Part shown: piece by piece, positions 63,335 to 64,000 of the stretch
Layout: the number at the start of each line of letters is the position of its first letter
How positions within the stretch are numbered: the first letter of the stretch is position 1
DNA from: Paragordius varius
Lineage: Eukaryota; Animalia; Nematomorpha
Assembly (NCBI GenBank): GCA_964247055.1
Contig: OZ176057.1
Coordinates: 2,728,001-2,792,000 of the forward strand
Length of the DNA stretch: 64,000 nucleotides
Direction of reading: 5' to 3'
Notes under the pieces: model-generated
What the model saw: the letters and a program-made list of their open reading frames with translations, nothing else
Told to the model about the DNA's origin: nothing
Database searches by the model: none
Position numbers and translations under genes: made by a program

Positions 63335-64000
63335 AGATAAAACGGCCTTTAAAGTCATTTAAATTTGATTTTTCCGATGTCCACACCTGATTTACTATGG
63401 AATCGCGCTCAGTAGCAGCGTAGGTTCCAGGTAAAGATAGTGCAAATTACAAAATTTTTAAAATATTATTTTATGGAACATAGTTTGTTTCAAAATGATG
63501 AAATATTTCTAACCATTTCTACTGATTTTTTTTCTGTTGTCCATAATTTAAGTTTTTCATTATTGATATATTTTATAACTAATGATACTTCTGAAAAAAG
63601 ATCATATTCTGAAAGGTTACTTTTTGGGAATTTTTGGGAGATGCAGATGTAATCAAATGATTTTTGAACATCGCAACAATTAATCCAATGAAAATGATCA
63701 ATTTCATTGAATTGCACCGTCAAGTCTTCCAAAAAATCTTTACAGTTTGTATAAAACATTTTTATATGGTACAGGATATCGTAGGGATTTATTAAGCGTT
63801 TTTCTAAATTATTTATTATATTGCGGATGGTTAAAGGTATAAAATTATTTTCTAACCATTCTTGACATTGGAATTTTAGGTTACTAACTTCGTTGGCTAC
63901 TGGATTGCCAAAATTTTGTCACCTTCTATAAATTTAATAACATTTTGAAAGAGAGAAGCTTGATTATGTAAGAATTCTAACCATATTTTTGAAGAATCAC
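63335..64000 (-). pseudogene. hAT transposase remnant including the C-terminal dimerization domain
   Basis: FYTNCKDFLE, DLFSEVSLVIKYINNEKLKLW, FALSLPGTYAATER, NQVWTSEKS with stops and frameshifts; continues past the window edge. Confidence 0.8.

Noticed and set aside
612-63358. Remaining 60-110 aa ORFs rich in F, I, K, L, N, Y
   Set aside because: Composition expected from chance ORFs in AT-rich introns and MITEs.

Overview
Very AT-rich, intron-rich animal genomic DNA; the organism cannot be identified from the sequence alone. Four spliced host genes can be built by hand with GT-AG boundaries and consistent phases. (1) An SLC26A11-like anion transporter (minus, 1013-12422; its 3' part lies beyond the left edge). 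(2) A type II membrane/furin-cleavable collagen with seven consecutive 126-bp exons and a short-chain-collagen-C4-like C-terminal domain (plus, 21440-32157). (3) A divergent GLE1-like mRNA export factor (minus, about 47604-53845). (4) Proteasome alpha-4/PSMA4 (plus, 55100-59283), head-to-head with GLE1 and containing introns of only 24 and 33 nt. There is also a small secreted precursor of a very cationic peptide (34353-34706) and a solitary 5S rRNA gene. The most striking signals are catalytic RNAs in retroelements. An intact full-length RTE retrotransposon (42421-45840, perfect 15-bp TSD) starts exactly at G1 of an HDV-like ribozyme. Two copies of a Penelope-type minimal hammerhead ribozyme (palindromic helix III) sit in short pLTR-like elements, one of them in sense orientation inside the first GLE1 intron. 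The rest is several MITE families, decayed RTE and hAT transposase fragments, and local tandem amplifications, two of which copy exon ends with their splice donors. All calls are by-eye; no database search or folding program was run.
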